From NCBI RefSeq assembly GCF_035084215.1, contig NC_090335.1, forward strand, positions 47,988,001 through 48,052,000: 64,000 bases of DNA, in the 5' to 3' direction. Source of the DNA: Heptranchias perlo. Lineage: Eukaryota. Position numbers and translations under genes: made by a program. Shown piece after piece: positions 49,346 through 62,719 of this stretch (position 1 is the stretch's first letter; every line of letters starts with the position of its first letter). The notes beneath the pieces were generated by a model. The model was not told where the DNA came from. It did not search any database and was given only the letters and a program-made list of their open reading frames with translations.

Positions 49346-51299
49346 TAATATAGCCTCCAATCTTTTTTTAACTAGATAATCAGCTACTTTTCCAACAAAA
49401 TATCTGAAACAAAGTCAATTGTCTTTGCTTTCTTCTACATATCCACTGCTGTGGAGGCTAGTCTTGATCTATAGTTTTACTTTGTTAGTTTCTTCAGTGA
49501 GTTTGTGGCAGCATCTTTTGCCAGTGGGAATAGGGGAGTAGGGGCTTTTCAATGCATTATTCCATTTATTTGAACATTATGTTTATTAGGTTGTGCTTTG
49601 CTCCTACAGTGTTATTGTGTAAATCTGTTCTGAACCTATTAACTGCATGTTTCTCTGGAAATTAGCGTGCTCTAATTAGAGATGTATCTACACCACCAGC
49701 ATCAAAAGTCCATACCAAAAAAGTTAAAAGGACAGAAATAAATAGAGGAGTTGACTTTGTGGATTGCAGTTGTATTTCTTTCTTATGCTGCATTTAAGAG
49801 CTCAGTCTGAACATAATCTGATCAGCTATGTGGTTAACAAGTTGACCCAACCACTTAAAAGCTTGTGGATATTGGATGTAGAACTGAGAGGCTATTTGGT
49901 AAAGGACGTTAGTAGCAATCTGAAACTTGTGAACTTTCAGTGTAGGCTAGTGACTAAGGCATCCAACCAAATTGAGAGCTTACAGGTATGCAAGATACAC
50001 ACAATGGTTTTCAAATTGTCGTCTATCTGAAATGTGTGACAAATTGGTCAAAGAGATGACATGACACTTCAGAAAACATTTGTTTACATAAACAGCATGC
50101 ATCTGGTGTCTCACCCAGTTCTAGTTTTCTTAAAGTAGAATTGTCATCTGCTGAAGTTTTAAAAGAAAGGCTGAAGCAGTACACACTGACATGGCAACAT
50201 CAATATCAGTGACCACATTGTTATTACAAATTAACTATTTAAAGCAGAAGGGAAAAATGATAAAAATAAATCATTCTGAAGTAGTATGAAATTATTTAGA
50301 TGGTCAACGTAATGAAGTTTCAACAGAAATTTTGCAAGCACACCATTCTTAAGTGCTTTAGGAACTACCCAAAACCTCCTCAACATGATGACAATGTTCT
50401 TTTAGCACACAGGTTTTTGAAAACTGCAGCAACATATTGCACAATGTTAAAATTATAAAATATCAGCAATAATTTCTCCTAGGTGGAAGCTAAAATCTAT
50501 GCAATCCATATTATTCCTCAGAACATTTTGTAATACACATAACTATATATTTTAATAAAGATAATGTATTTCTTAGGACTAATGGAACTCGCAAAACTAA
50601 ACTAATGCAAATTGCAAAAGGAGCAATTCCAACTGCCACCCTGAGCTGTGAGATGATTGCTTTGAAATGTTGCTGTGTATAATAGTTACTTTTCATATTT
50701 TGCTATTTAAGCTATTTACTTATTGTCTCTCTAATAGCATTTTCTGTTAGTGACTCAAAACAATATTGAAAGGGTTATATTTCAGTTCATTGGAGTTCTT
50801 ATAGGACTTTTAATAAAATACAGACTACAGTTAGTTGGGAGATTGGAAATTGACACATCTCAGGTTTCCCAAAGGCGTGTGCTTGCCACTCTCAGGTGGC
50901 TCATTGGGGAGAGGGGATCACTTCACATGTTGCTCCAGCAAGTCTTTTGAATGGTCCATTCACCAAGGGGCTCTATTCGTGGTGTCTGTGGAAATGTTCC
51001 TGGGCTTTTCCTTCTATTTTCCCAGATGAGAACAAGGTGAATAGACAAAGGATTAACTTTGAAAAAGTGAACAATTGCAACAAAAATTGTCCAAAAAGTG
51101 CATAAACAAAAATTTATGGATATTTGATATAATGGTGAACAAATATGTCCTTAGATTAAAGATGAGATGAGAATGATGAGTGTAACATATCAAAACTTAA
51201 GTGATGAATTTTAATTTCCAGAGACATCTATTGGCTCAGTGATGATCAATTTGGTAGCATTAGTTTTAAACGTACCGTTTCTTCTCTAAACTGTAAACA

Positions 51300-51965
51300 A
51301 AGAGTATCATAGAATGGTTACAGCATGGAAGGAGGCCATTCGGCCCATCGAGTTCATGCCGGCTCTCTGCAACAGCATTCAAGTTAGTCCCACTCGCCTG
51401 CTCTATCCCGTAGCTCTGCAAATTTTTGCCCTTCAAGTACTTATCCAGTTCCCTTTTAAAAGCGACGATCGAATCAGCTTCAACTACCCCCTCATGCAGT
51501 GCATTCCAGATCCTAACCGCTCACCATGTAAAAAATGTTTTCCTCATGTCCCCTTTGGTTCTTTTACCAGTCACCTTAAATCTATGTCCTCTGGTTCTTG
51601 ACCCTTCCGCCAATTGGAACAGTTTCTCTCTATGTACTCTGTCCAGACCCTTCATGATTTTGAATACCTCTATCAAATCTACTCGCAACCGTCTCTGCTC
51701 TAAGGAGAACAACCCCAGCTTCTCGAGTCTATCCATGTAACTGAAGTCCCTCATCCCTGGAATCATTCTAGTAAATCTCTTCTGCAACCTCTCTAAGGCC
51801 TTCACATCCTTCCTAAAGTGCAGTGCCCCAAAACTGGACCAATACTCCAGTTGTGGCTGAACCAGTGTTTTATAAAGGTTCATCATAACCTCCTTGCTCT
51901 TGTACTCTATGCCTCTATTTATAAAGCCCAGGATCCCATATGCTTTCTTAATCGCTTTCTCCACA
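51300..51965 (-). mobile_element. CR1 LINE 3' fragment
   Basis: ORF 51521..51964: KAYGILGFINRGIEYKS..RFTRMIPG; partial duplicate at 58250-58670. Confidence 0.9.
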
Positions 51966-52694
51966 ATGGAAGGAAAGAGTTGAAGGAGACTTCAAATTGC
52001 ATTCTGGGTTTATTAAAGAGAAGGAAGAGGTACTTCATAATTTTCTTGAAATAGGTTTAAATTCGGTGTCGTGTTTTTTGAGTTTTTACACATAATGGAG
52101 GTGAAATTGGACCTCGCTTTGCCCATTTTGCACGCAGAAAATGGGTGCAAAGAGGTCCAATTTAGTACTCCAACCTCCCATGCCCAAACAGGTTAGGAAA
52201 CACATCCAACACCATATTCGTTCGGTGGACCAAGTTAACACTGGGTGAGATGACATTCAGTTCTATTTGTAAAGTGCTTTATTCCTCAATAGGCAAAATT
52301 TATAGAGCATTTAGTATGACGAGAGACACTTGGCACAAACAGTGCAACTTCTCTATGTAGCTAACTTGCAACTGAAAATCTCTTGCCCAGTGTTGACAAC
52401 TCTGAACTTGACAGTTGGTGGGATCTCCTCTATTTTGTGCAGACTAAACATAGGTTGAACGACTACTTTGCCAAAGACCTATGTTCTGTTTGCAAGTGTA
52501 ACACTGAGTTCCCTATTACTTCTCTTTTGTTTGGTCCTTAACACCACTACAGTGGATCTCAATGAAAATTCCAGAAATAATATCTCATCTTTCTCCTGTG
52601 CACTCTGCAGTCTTTTGGTCTGAACACTGACTTTAATAACTTAAGACCTTAATTATACCCTCCATTTCCTTTACAGCAGTGCTCTGGTGATGTT

Positions 52695-54433
52695 CATAGA
52701 ATCATAGAAAGCTACGACACGGAAGAAGGCGATTAGGCCCATCATACTTGTGCCGGCCAAAAAAGAGCTATCCAGCTTAATCCCACTTTCCAGCACTTGG
52801 TCCATAGCCCTGTAGGTTACGGAACTTCAAGTGCATATCCAAGTACTTTTTAAATGAGTTGAAGGTTTCTGCCTCCACCACCCTTTCAGGCAGTGAGTAA
52901 CAGACCCCCACCGCCCTCTGGGTGAAAAAATTTCTCCTCAGCTCTCCTCTAGTCCTTCTACCAATTACTTTAAATCTATGTCCCCTGGTCAATGACTCCT
53001 CTGCTAAGGGAAATAGGTCATCCCTATCCACTCGACCTAGTCCCTTCATAATTTTATATACCTCAATTAAATCTCCCCTCAGCCTCCTTTGTTCCAAAGA
53101 AAACAACCCCAGCCTATCCAATCTTTTCTCATAGCTAAAATTCTCCAGCCCTGGCAACATCCTAGTGAATCTCCTTTGTACCCTCTCTACTGCAATCACA
53201 TCTTTCCTGTAATGTGGTGACCAGAACTGTACGCAGAACTCAAGCTGTGGCCTAACCAATGTTTTATACAGTTCTAGCGTAACCTTCCTGCTCTTTTATT
53301 CTATGCCTCGGCTAATAAAGGAAAGTATCCCATATGCCTTTTTAACCACCTTATCTACCTGTCCTGCTACCTTCAGAGATCTGTGGACATGCACTCCAAG
53401 GTCCCTTTACACCTCTCAGTATCCTTCCATTTATTGTGTACTCCCTTGCCTTGTTTGGCCTCCCCAAATGCATTACCTCACACTTCTCTGGATTGAATTC
53501 CATTTGCCACTTTTCTGCCCACCTGACCAGTCCATTGATATCTTCTTGCAGTCTACAGCTTTTCCTCCTCACTATCAGCCACACAGCCAATGGTGCTGGA
53601 CGATTGGAGGACTGCTAATGTGGTACCATTGTTTAAAAGGGGAGAAAGAGATAGACCGAGTAACTATAGACCAGTCAGTCTAACCTCGGTGGTGGGCAAA
53701 TTATTGGAATCAATTCTGAGGGACAGCATAAATTGTCATTTAGAAAGGCACGGGTTAATCAAGGACTGTCAGCGTGGATATTTTAAGGAAAGGTCGTGTC
53801 TGACTAATTTGATTGAATTTTTTGAGGTGACTTCTTGCAAACTTCTTGATCAAGCCCCCCACATTCAAATCCAAATTATTAATATACACAACAAAAAGCA
53901 AGGGAACTAGTACTGAGCCTGGCAGAACCCCACTGGAAACAGCCTTCCAGTCGCAAAAACACCCGTCAACCATTACCCTTTGCTTCCTGCCACTGAGCCA
54001 ATTTTGGATCCAACTAGCCACATTCCCTTGGATCCCATGGGCTTTTACTTTTTTGACCAGTCTGCCATGTGGGACCTTGTCAAAAGCCTTGCTAAAATCC
54101 ATGTACACTACATCAAGGGGGGTTACCCTCATCGACCCTGCTTGTTATCACCTCAAAAAATTCAATCAAATTAGTCAGACACGACCTTACCGTAAAATAT
54201 CCACGCTGACAGTCCTTGATTAACCCGTGCCCTTCTAAATGATAATTTATGCTGTCCCTCAGAATTGATTCCAATAATTTGCCCACCACCAAGGTTAGAC
54301 TGACTGGTCTATAGTTACTTTGTCCATCTCTTTCTCCCCTTTGAAACAATGGTACCATGTTAGCAGTCCTCCAATCGCCCAGCAACACGCCTGTAGCCAG
54401 GGAGGATTGGAAAATGATGGTCAGATCCTCTGC
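52695..54433 (-). mobile_element. CR1 LINE 3' half, the duplicated part of the 59410 element, with an internal inverted insert at 53590-53830
   Basis: RT motifs DVVYMDFSKAFDKVPH, SGVLPGS, and ORF 52777..53259. Confidence 0.9.
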
Positions 54434-56308
54434 CCTTCCTTGAATCGAACTGTAGCACACAGCAACTTATTTATATCTAATAAAGTGTGTTTATCAATTT
54501 TACCTACTGTGCGTGATCCGAATACTTACTATTGTGCCTTTTCCATTTATGCATAAAACATTTATATTTGGCATTCCACTAGTTGGATATGGATTAACAG
54601 TACCTGGGAGTAGCGATCTGTGGGATTTATCCCCTTTTTGTAAACAACTTACCTCCGCTGTGACTGATCTTTTTCCTCACTGAGCCGAGGACTGTAACGT
54701 GTTGTACCTGACAGGTGACGACCGTTCCCCGGTCCCAGTGAGTGTCTCTAATCCACAGCCGGGAGCTCAGGTTGTAGGTGCCGTCACTGTTTACAGTCGG
54801 GGAGCCCTGTTCTGTTTGATAGGAGACATTTCCCTCTACAATCCAAGAAATGTTCAGATCTCTCGGGAAAAATCCCACAGCCACACAAATAAGAGTCTGA
54901 ATCCCAGCAACTTCATTCTCTGGATCCGCAGAGAGATAGAATTCAGGTTCCGCTAAATAAACACATCAAAATAACTTAAATTATAACAATCTGAGTTATA
55001 GCAAATATATAAAGAACTGTGTAAAATATTTAAATTTATGCATATTTGATACTAAATGGGAAACTGCAGAATCAATTTGATTAGATTGTGTCTCAATATA
55101 CAAATCACCAGATACATATAATAAAATATAACACACATGTAACAATGAAAAACGGGCCAGAATAATATCCCGTGACTTCACAATAAGTTTCTTTCGGGCA
55201 CAAATTCCGTTTATTTTTCTTTGGATCAATATCGTCAAGAAAACTGAAATAAATTGACAATACTTAGTTCACAAAATCCGTTTTGCTATTTGTAATTCGC
55301 TTCTTACATAAATAATATTCAGCCGTTAATATTGGTGTCAGCATTCTACAGTTTTGTCTTTTGGCTGTTTTTCTTCCGTCGAAGTTTTAAAACTATATGA
55401 AAGTCCCTGCTGTTGAATGGTTATTGTGGAATTAAAGCTAAACGCTGGTGTATTCAGCCTAGCTCCCAGTGCACAGAACATGTCAGTCCCAGATTAGATG
55501 TGTGTGCGGCTATTTCTGTTTCCTTTGCCCCATATATTGAATTATTTCAGTTTTATTTAATCTAATTACCATGGATCAAAAGCAAAATACCGCGGATGTT
55601 GGAAGTCTGAAATAAAGACAGGAAATGCTGGAAACACTCAGCGGGTCAGGCAGTATTTGTGGAGAGAGAAACCGGATTAACGTTTCAGGTCCATGACCTT
55701 AGAAACTTAAATCTCTCAATTCTTCCAGTTCTGATGAATGGTCATCGACCTGAAACGTTAACTCTGGTTCTCTCTTCACAGATGCTGCTTTACCTATTGA
55801 GCGTTTCCAACATTTTCTGTTTTTATTTCATAATTACCTTGGATGTTCAGTTCTGTTTCTTCTCCTGTAAAGGTTCTCCCGGGTCGAGGCGTCTCTTTAA
55901 GAACCAGGCAGTGGTAAGTATCTGAATCTTCCACAGTCACCTCCCGAATGACAAGCGAACCCTCAGACACGCGAGAGCTTTGATTGAGGAAATTCTTAGT
56001 TTCGTTGCCTCTGATGCCAGGATTGTCTCTTGTTCTGTACCAGTAATATCTCACCGAATCCACCCGCTCCTCTCCGGGTAACAGGGTGCAGTTGATCCGA
56101 GCTGTCTGTCCTCTCAGGAGGGACAGAGCTGAAGGAGACTGGATCACTTTCAGACCGACAGCAGGCCCTGGGACATAAAATTACAAGTAGGAACATAAAA
56201 TCAAAATGATCTGAGTACAACTAGAATAAATGTTAACTGGGGTAAAAAAGAACGCTTACCTAATACAAGGAGCCAAAGTTTGAGAACAATGATTCTAAAT
56301 GGACCCAT
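54421..56308 (-). CDS. Non-rearranging VJ-C1 IgSF gene, copy B (tandem duplicate with its 3' end fused to a CR1 LINE), ~244 aa
   Basis: Leader 56308-56260, V 56167-55838 (6 nt shorter than copy A), C1 54952-54653. Putative tail 54476-54421 (DINKLLCATVRFKEGQRI*), whose last codons come from the LINE. Confidence 0.8.
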
Positions 56309-59300
56309 ATTGCTGAAGCCACCGTGTCACCGGTTGGTTAGACCTGGTAAGCTATGCAAAGTTAAGATCGTTGGGACATTATTGCGGTTGTAAAGAATAG
56401 TTCGTCATATCACACTAGCTGCTGGTGGCCAGGGGCCCCAGCTAAATAGGAGGGGGCTCGCAGTAAAACTCCCCCTAACGCAGAAAAATTGCATTCAACC
56501 GCTGGATCAGTTTAATTTAAGCGTAGTATATTGTGATATGATTTACTTCATTATCAATGCAGTGTGTAAACATCCTGGGCCTATTCATGCATTTTACTAC
56601 ATGCTTGTGTTTTAATGGATATGGGGGGAAGCCCCCCCATGTTCTTGGTGCCCATGGTACCAAGTGAAAAAAGCTAAGGGAAGTTGAAAACTCTATATAA
56701 CATGCACAGAGCAGCAGTAAATAACATTTTTTTCAAATGAAAATGAAAGTTGACCAAAGACAATGACACAGAAATGAAGAATCTAGGTCGCTAGAAATAA
56801 AAATGTTGACTTAGTTGCTGATCAGAGGCTTGAGATAGTTTACTGAAGTGATCAAATACATAACTTCACAACGCTGCAACTTGTTTCGAAAAACATGCCA
56901 AATAGTTGTTTAATTTTGTTAAATGTAGCAATGGAATATTATTATTTGTTGATGAACAATCATTTATTTAAATAGGTGAGAAAGCTACTTTGATTTTTTT
57001 TAAAAGTCATGCTCAGGATGTGGGCATCGCTGGCAAGCCTGGCATTTATTGCCCATCCTTAGTTGCCCTTGAAAATAGTAGTTTGATACAACTGAGTAGC
57101 TTGCTGGGCCACTTCAGAGGGCAGTTAAGAGTCAACTACGTTGGTGTAGGACTGGAGTCATATGTAGTCCAGACAAGTTTCTAAGGAAGGCAAGTTTCCT
57201 TCACTGAAGGACATTATTCAGCTAGTTTTTTTATGACAATCCCACAGCTTTATGGTCACTTTTACTGATACCAGCTTTCTATTTCCAGATTTTTTTAAAA
57301 GTGAATTCAAATTCTCGAACTGCCATGGTGGGATTTGAACTCACTTTCTCTGGATTATTAGTCCAGTAAGATAACTGCAATGCTACCATACCCATAATAA
57401 TAATAAGTCCTGAAAGGACTCGTTACTAACTTGTATAGGACCGGTTGGTAAACCTGTTGTTTCGCCACAGATTCCACATTGTTGGCAAAGAGTTTTGGAT
57501 TTGTATTAATTCAAAGGCAACTGTGTAATTTGGGAGTCAGAACTCTGATCCGAGTTCCCATCGCATTGAAACTAAGAGGGTGAGACCAGCTCAAAGAATT
57601 CCAATGGACCCCCAGGAAACTTAATGATAAATTTTAAAAGTCTTTTAGGGCGCTTTTACAATGGCACTTATTCAGTTTGCGTCGCCAAAGAATAGCATCC
57701 ATGTCCCAGTCTTTAGATGGCTTAAGCCTGTTCCCGTACCCCAATGGAAGAATTATTTCAGTCTAAACCAATACATAGAATTACATAGAATTTATAGCAC
57801 AGAAACAGGCCATTCGGCCCCACTGGTCAATGTCGGTGTTTATGCTCCACATGAGCCTCCTCCTTCCCCACTTCATCTAACCCGATCACCATATCCTTCT
57901 ATTCCTTTCTCCCTCATGTACTTATCCAGCTTCCCCTCAAATACATCTATGATATTCACCTCAACTACTCCATGTGGGAGGAGGCGCGTGTGGAGCATAA
58001 ATGCTAGCATAGTTGGGCCAACTGGCCTGTTTCTATGCTGTACATTCTATGAAATTCCATGTAAAGTTCCACATTTCAACCACTCTCTAGTTTCTCATGA
58101 ATTCCTTGTTGGTTTTATAATGAGTATCTTATTCTTATGACCCCCAGTTTTGGACTCCCCCACAAGTGGAAACATCTTCTATATGTCGACCGTAATAAAC
58201 CCCTTCATCATTTTAAGGACTTCTATTGGGTCATCCCTCAGCCTTCTCTGTTCTTTTACCAGTCACCTTAAATCTATGTCCTCTGGTTCTTGACCCTTCC
58301 GCCAATTGGAACAGTTTCTCTCTATGTACTCTGTCCAGACCCTTCATGATTTTGAATACCTCTATCAAATCTACTCGCAACCGTCTCTGCTCTAAGGAGA
58401 ACAACCCCAGCTTCTCGAGTCTATCCATGTAACTGAAGTCCCTCATCCATGGAATCATTCTAGTAAATCTCTTCTGCACCCTCTCTAAGGCTTTCACATC
58501 CTTCCTAAAGTGCAGTGCCCCAGAACTGGACCAATACTCCAGTTGTGGCTGAACCAGTGTTTTATAAAGGTTCATCATAACCTCCTTGCTCTTGTACTCT
58601 ATGCCTCTGTTTATAAAGCCCAGGATCCCATATGCTTTCTTAATCGCTTTCTCCACCTGCCCTGCCACCAGTAAGGTACAAATGGAAGGAAAGAGTTGAA
58701 GGAGACTTCAAATTGCATTCTGGGTTTATTAAAGAGAAGGAAGAGGTACTTCATAATTTTCTTGAAATAGGTTTAAATTCGGTGTCGTGTTTTTTATGTT
58801 TTTACACATAATGGAGGTGAAATTGGACCTCATTTTCCCCATTTTGCAGGCAGAAAATGGGTGCAAAGAGGTCCAATTTAGGGCTCCAACCTCCCATGCC
58901 CAAACAGGTTAGGAAACACATCCAACACCATATTGGTTCGGTGGACCAAGTTAACACTGGGTGAGATGACATTCAGTTCTATTTGTAAAGTGCTTTATTC
59001 CTCAATAGGCAAAATTTATAGAGGATTTAGTATGACAAGAGACACTTGGCACAAACAGTGCAACTTCTCTATGTAGCTAACTTGCAACTGAAAATCTCTT
59101 GCCCAGTGTTGACAACACTGAACTTGACAGTTGGTGGGATCTCTTCTATTTTGTGGAGACTAAACACAGGTTGAATGACTACTTTGCCAAATTCTCATGT
59201 TCTGTTTGCAAGTGTAACACTGAGTTCCCTATGACTTCTCTTTTGTTTGGTCCTTAACACTGCTACAGTGGATCTCAATGAAAATTCCAGAAATAACATC

Positions 59301-62300
59301 TCATCTTTCTCCTGTGCACTCTGCAGTCTTTTGGTCTGAACACTGACTTTAATAACTTAAGACCTTAATTATACCCTCCATTTCCTTTACAGCAGTGCTC
59401 TGGTGATGTTCATAGAATCATAGAAAGCTACGACACAGAAGGAGGCCATTAGGCCCATCATACCCGTGCTGGCCAAAAAAGAGCTATCCAGCTTAATCCC
59501 ACTTTCTAGCACTTGGTTACGGAACTTCAAGTGCACATCTAAGTATTTTTAAAATGAGTTGAGGGTTTCTGCCTCTACCACCCTTTCAGGCAGTGAGTTC
59601 CAGACCCCCACCACCCTCTGGGTGAAAAAATTTCTCCTCAGCTCTCCTCTAGTCCTTCTACCAATTACTTTAAATCTATGTCTGCTGGTCAGTAACTCCC
59701 CTGCTAAGGGAAATAGGTCATCCCTATCCACTCGACCTAGTCCCTTCATAATTTTATATACCTCAATTAAATCTCCCCTCAGCCTCCTTTGTTCCAAAGA
59801 AAACAACCCCAGCCTATCCAATCTTTTCTCATAGCTAAAATTCTCCAGCCCTGGCAACATCCTAGTGAATCTCCTCTGTACCCTCTCTACTGCAATCACA
59901 TCTTTCCTGTAATGTGGTGACCAGAACTGTACGCAGAACTCAAGCTGTGGCCTAACCAATGTTTTATACAGTTCTAGCGTAACCTTCCTGCTCTTTTATT
60001 CTATGCCTCGGCTAATAAAGGAAAGTATCCCATATGCCTTTTTAACCACCTTATCTACCCGTCCTGCTACCTTCAGGGATCTGTGGACATGCACTCTAAG
60101 GTCCCTTTACACCTCTCAGTATCCTTCCATTTATTGTGTACTCCCTTGCCTTGTTTGGCCTCCCCAAATGCATTACCTCACACTCCTCTGGATTGAATTC
60201 CATTTGCCACTTTTCTGCCCACCTAACCAGTCCATTGATATCTTCCTGCAGTCGACAGCTTTTCCTCCTCATTATCAGCCACACAGCCAATTTTTGTATC
60301 ATCTGCAAACTTCTTGATCAAGCCCCCCACATTCAAATCCAAATTATTAATATATACAGCAAAAAGCAAGGGACCTAGTATTGAGCCTGGCAGAACCCCA
60401 CTGGAAACAGCCTTCCAGACGCAAAAACACCCATTACCCTTTGCTTCCTGCCACTGAGCCAATTTTGGATCCAACTAGCCACTTTCCCTTGGATCCCATG
60501 GGCTTTTACTTTTTTGACCAGTCTGCCATGTGGGACCTTGTCAAAAGCCTTGCTAAAATCCATGTACACTACATCAAGGGGGGTTACCCTCATCGACCCT
60601 GCTTGTTATCACCTCAAAAAATTCAATCAAATTAGTCAGACACGACCTTTCCTTAAAATATCCACGCTGACAGTCCTTGATTAAACCGTGCCTTTCTAAA
60701 TGATAATTTATGCTGTCCCTCAGAATTGATTCCAATAATTTGCCCACCACCGAGGTTAGACTGACTGGTCTATAGTTACTCGGTCTATCTCTTTCTCCCC
60801 TTTTAAACAACGGTACCACGTTAGCAGTCCTCCAATCGTCCAGCACCACGCCTGTAGCCAGGGAGGATTGGAAAATGATGGTCAGATCCTCTGCTATTTC
60901 CTCCCTTGCTTCTCTTAACAGCCTGGGATACATTTCATCCGGGCCTGGCGATTTATCTACTTTCAAAGGTGCTAAACCCTTTAATACTTCCTCTCTCGCT
61001 ATGTTTATCCCATCCAATATTTCACACTCCTTCTCCTTAACTACAATCTCTGCATCGTCCCGCTCTTTTATGAAGACAGATGCAAAGTATTCATTTAGAA
61101 CTGTACCCACGTCTTCCACCTCCACACATAGGTTACCTCTTTGGTCTCTAATAGGCCTACTCTTTCCTTAGTTATTCTCTTGCTCTTCATGTTTTTATAA
61201 AACATCTTTGGGTTTTCCTTAATTTTATTTGTCAGTATTTTTTCATGCCCTCTCTTTGCTTTCCTAATTTCCATTTTAATTTCACCCCTGCACTTTCTAT
61301 ACTCCTCTAGGCTTTCTACAGTATTGAGCTCTCGGTATCTGACGTAAGCTTTCCTTTTTTGCTGTATCCTACCCTGTATGCTCCTTGTCATCCAGGGAGC
61401 TCTTGATTTGGCAGTCCCACCTTTTTTCTTTGAGGGGACATGTTTGTTCTGAACCCTCACAATCTCTCCCTTGAATGCCTCCCACTGCTCTGACACTGAT
61501 TTACCTTCAAGTAGCTGTTTTCAGTCCACTTTTGCTAAATCACTTCTCAGCTTAGTAGAATTGGCCTTTGCCCAATTGTTGGGGAAAGGCCAATCTTACC
61601 TGTTCTATCTTTGTCCTTTTCCATAACAATGCTAAATCTAACTGAATTATGATCACTACCAGCAAAATGCTCTTCCACTGATACTCCTTTCACCTGCCCA
61701 GCTTCATTCCTAAAACTAAGTCCAGAACTGCCCCCCCGCCCCCCCCGTCTTATTAGGCTTGCTATGTACTGGCTAAAAAAGTTCTCCTGAATGCAATTGA
61801 AGAATTCTGCACCCTCTATACCTTTTACACTGCTTGCATCTGGTATGGACTCAATGGGCCGAACGGCCTCCTTCCTGTGCTGTAACCTTTCTATGATTCT
61901 ATCCCAGTTAATATTAGGGTAGTTGAAATCCCCTACTATTACTGCCCTGTCGTTTATGCACTTCTCAGAAATTTGCCTACATATTTGCTCTTCTATCTCC
62001 CTCTGACTGTTTGGGGGTCTATAGTACACTCCCAGTAGTGGTGATTTTTCTAACATATCATCCCTCCTCACAGCTGTAATTGTTTCTTTAACCAATATTG
62101 CCACCCCCTCTTTTTTTATCCCCCCCTCTATCTTGTCTGAAAACCCTGTAACCAGGAATGTTGAGCTGCCATTCCTGCCCCTCTTTAAGCCATGTTTCAG
62201 TAATAGCTAAGATATCAAACTTCCACATGTCTATCTGTGCCCTTAGCTCATCTGCCTTATTCACTATACTCCTTGCATTGAAGTATATACCAATAATCAC

Positions 62301-62719
62301 GGCCAAACTCTTTTGTTGTCTATTTTCTAACCTTTGTTTCCTCTGCTTTCCAAACTTAATTTTTTCTCTTCCATTTCCAGCTCTGCTCATCTCCCTTCTG
62401 AATCTACGCTCAGGTTCCCATCCCCCTGCCAAGCTAGTTAAACCCTCCCCAATAGCACTAGCAAATCTCCCTGAGAGGATATTGGTCCCGGCCCTGTTGA
62501 GGTGCAACCCATCTGGCCTGTACAGGTCCCATGTACCCCAGAACTGGTCCCAAGGCACCAGGAATCTAAAGCCCTCCCTCCCGCACCATCTCTCCAGCCA
62601 CGCATTCATCTGCTCTATCCTCCTATTTCTATACACACTAGTACATGGCACTGGGAGTAATCCGGAGATTACTACCTTTGAGGTCCTGCTTGTTAATTTC
62701 TTTCCTAACTCCTTAAAAT

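Larger units (their letters stand above)
45167..60894. repeat. Tandem segmental duplication: unit A 45167-54433, unit B 54434-60894
   Basis: Near-identical collinear sequence (about 1% differences in the V-C1 intron by eye); junction ctctgc|ccttcct at 54433/54434. Confidence 0.92.
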
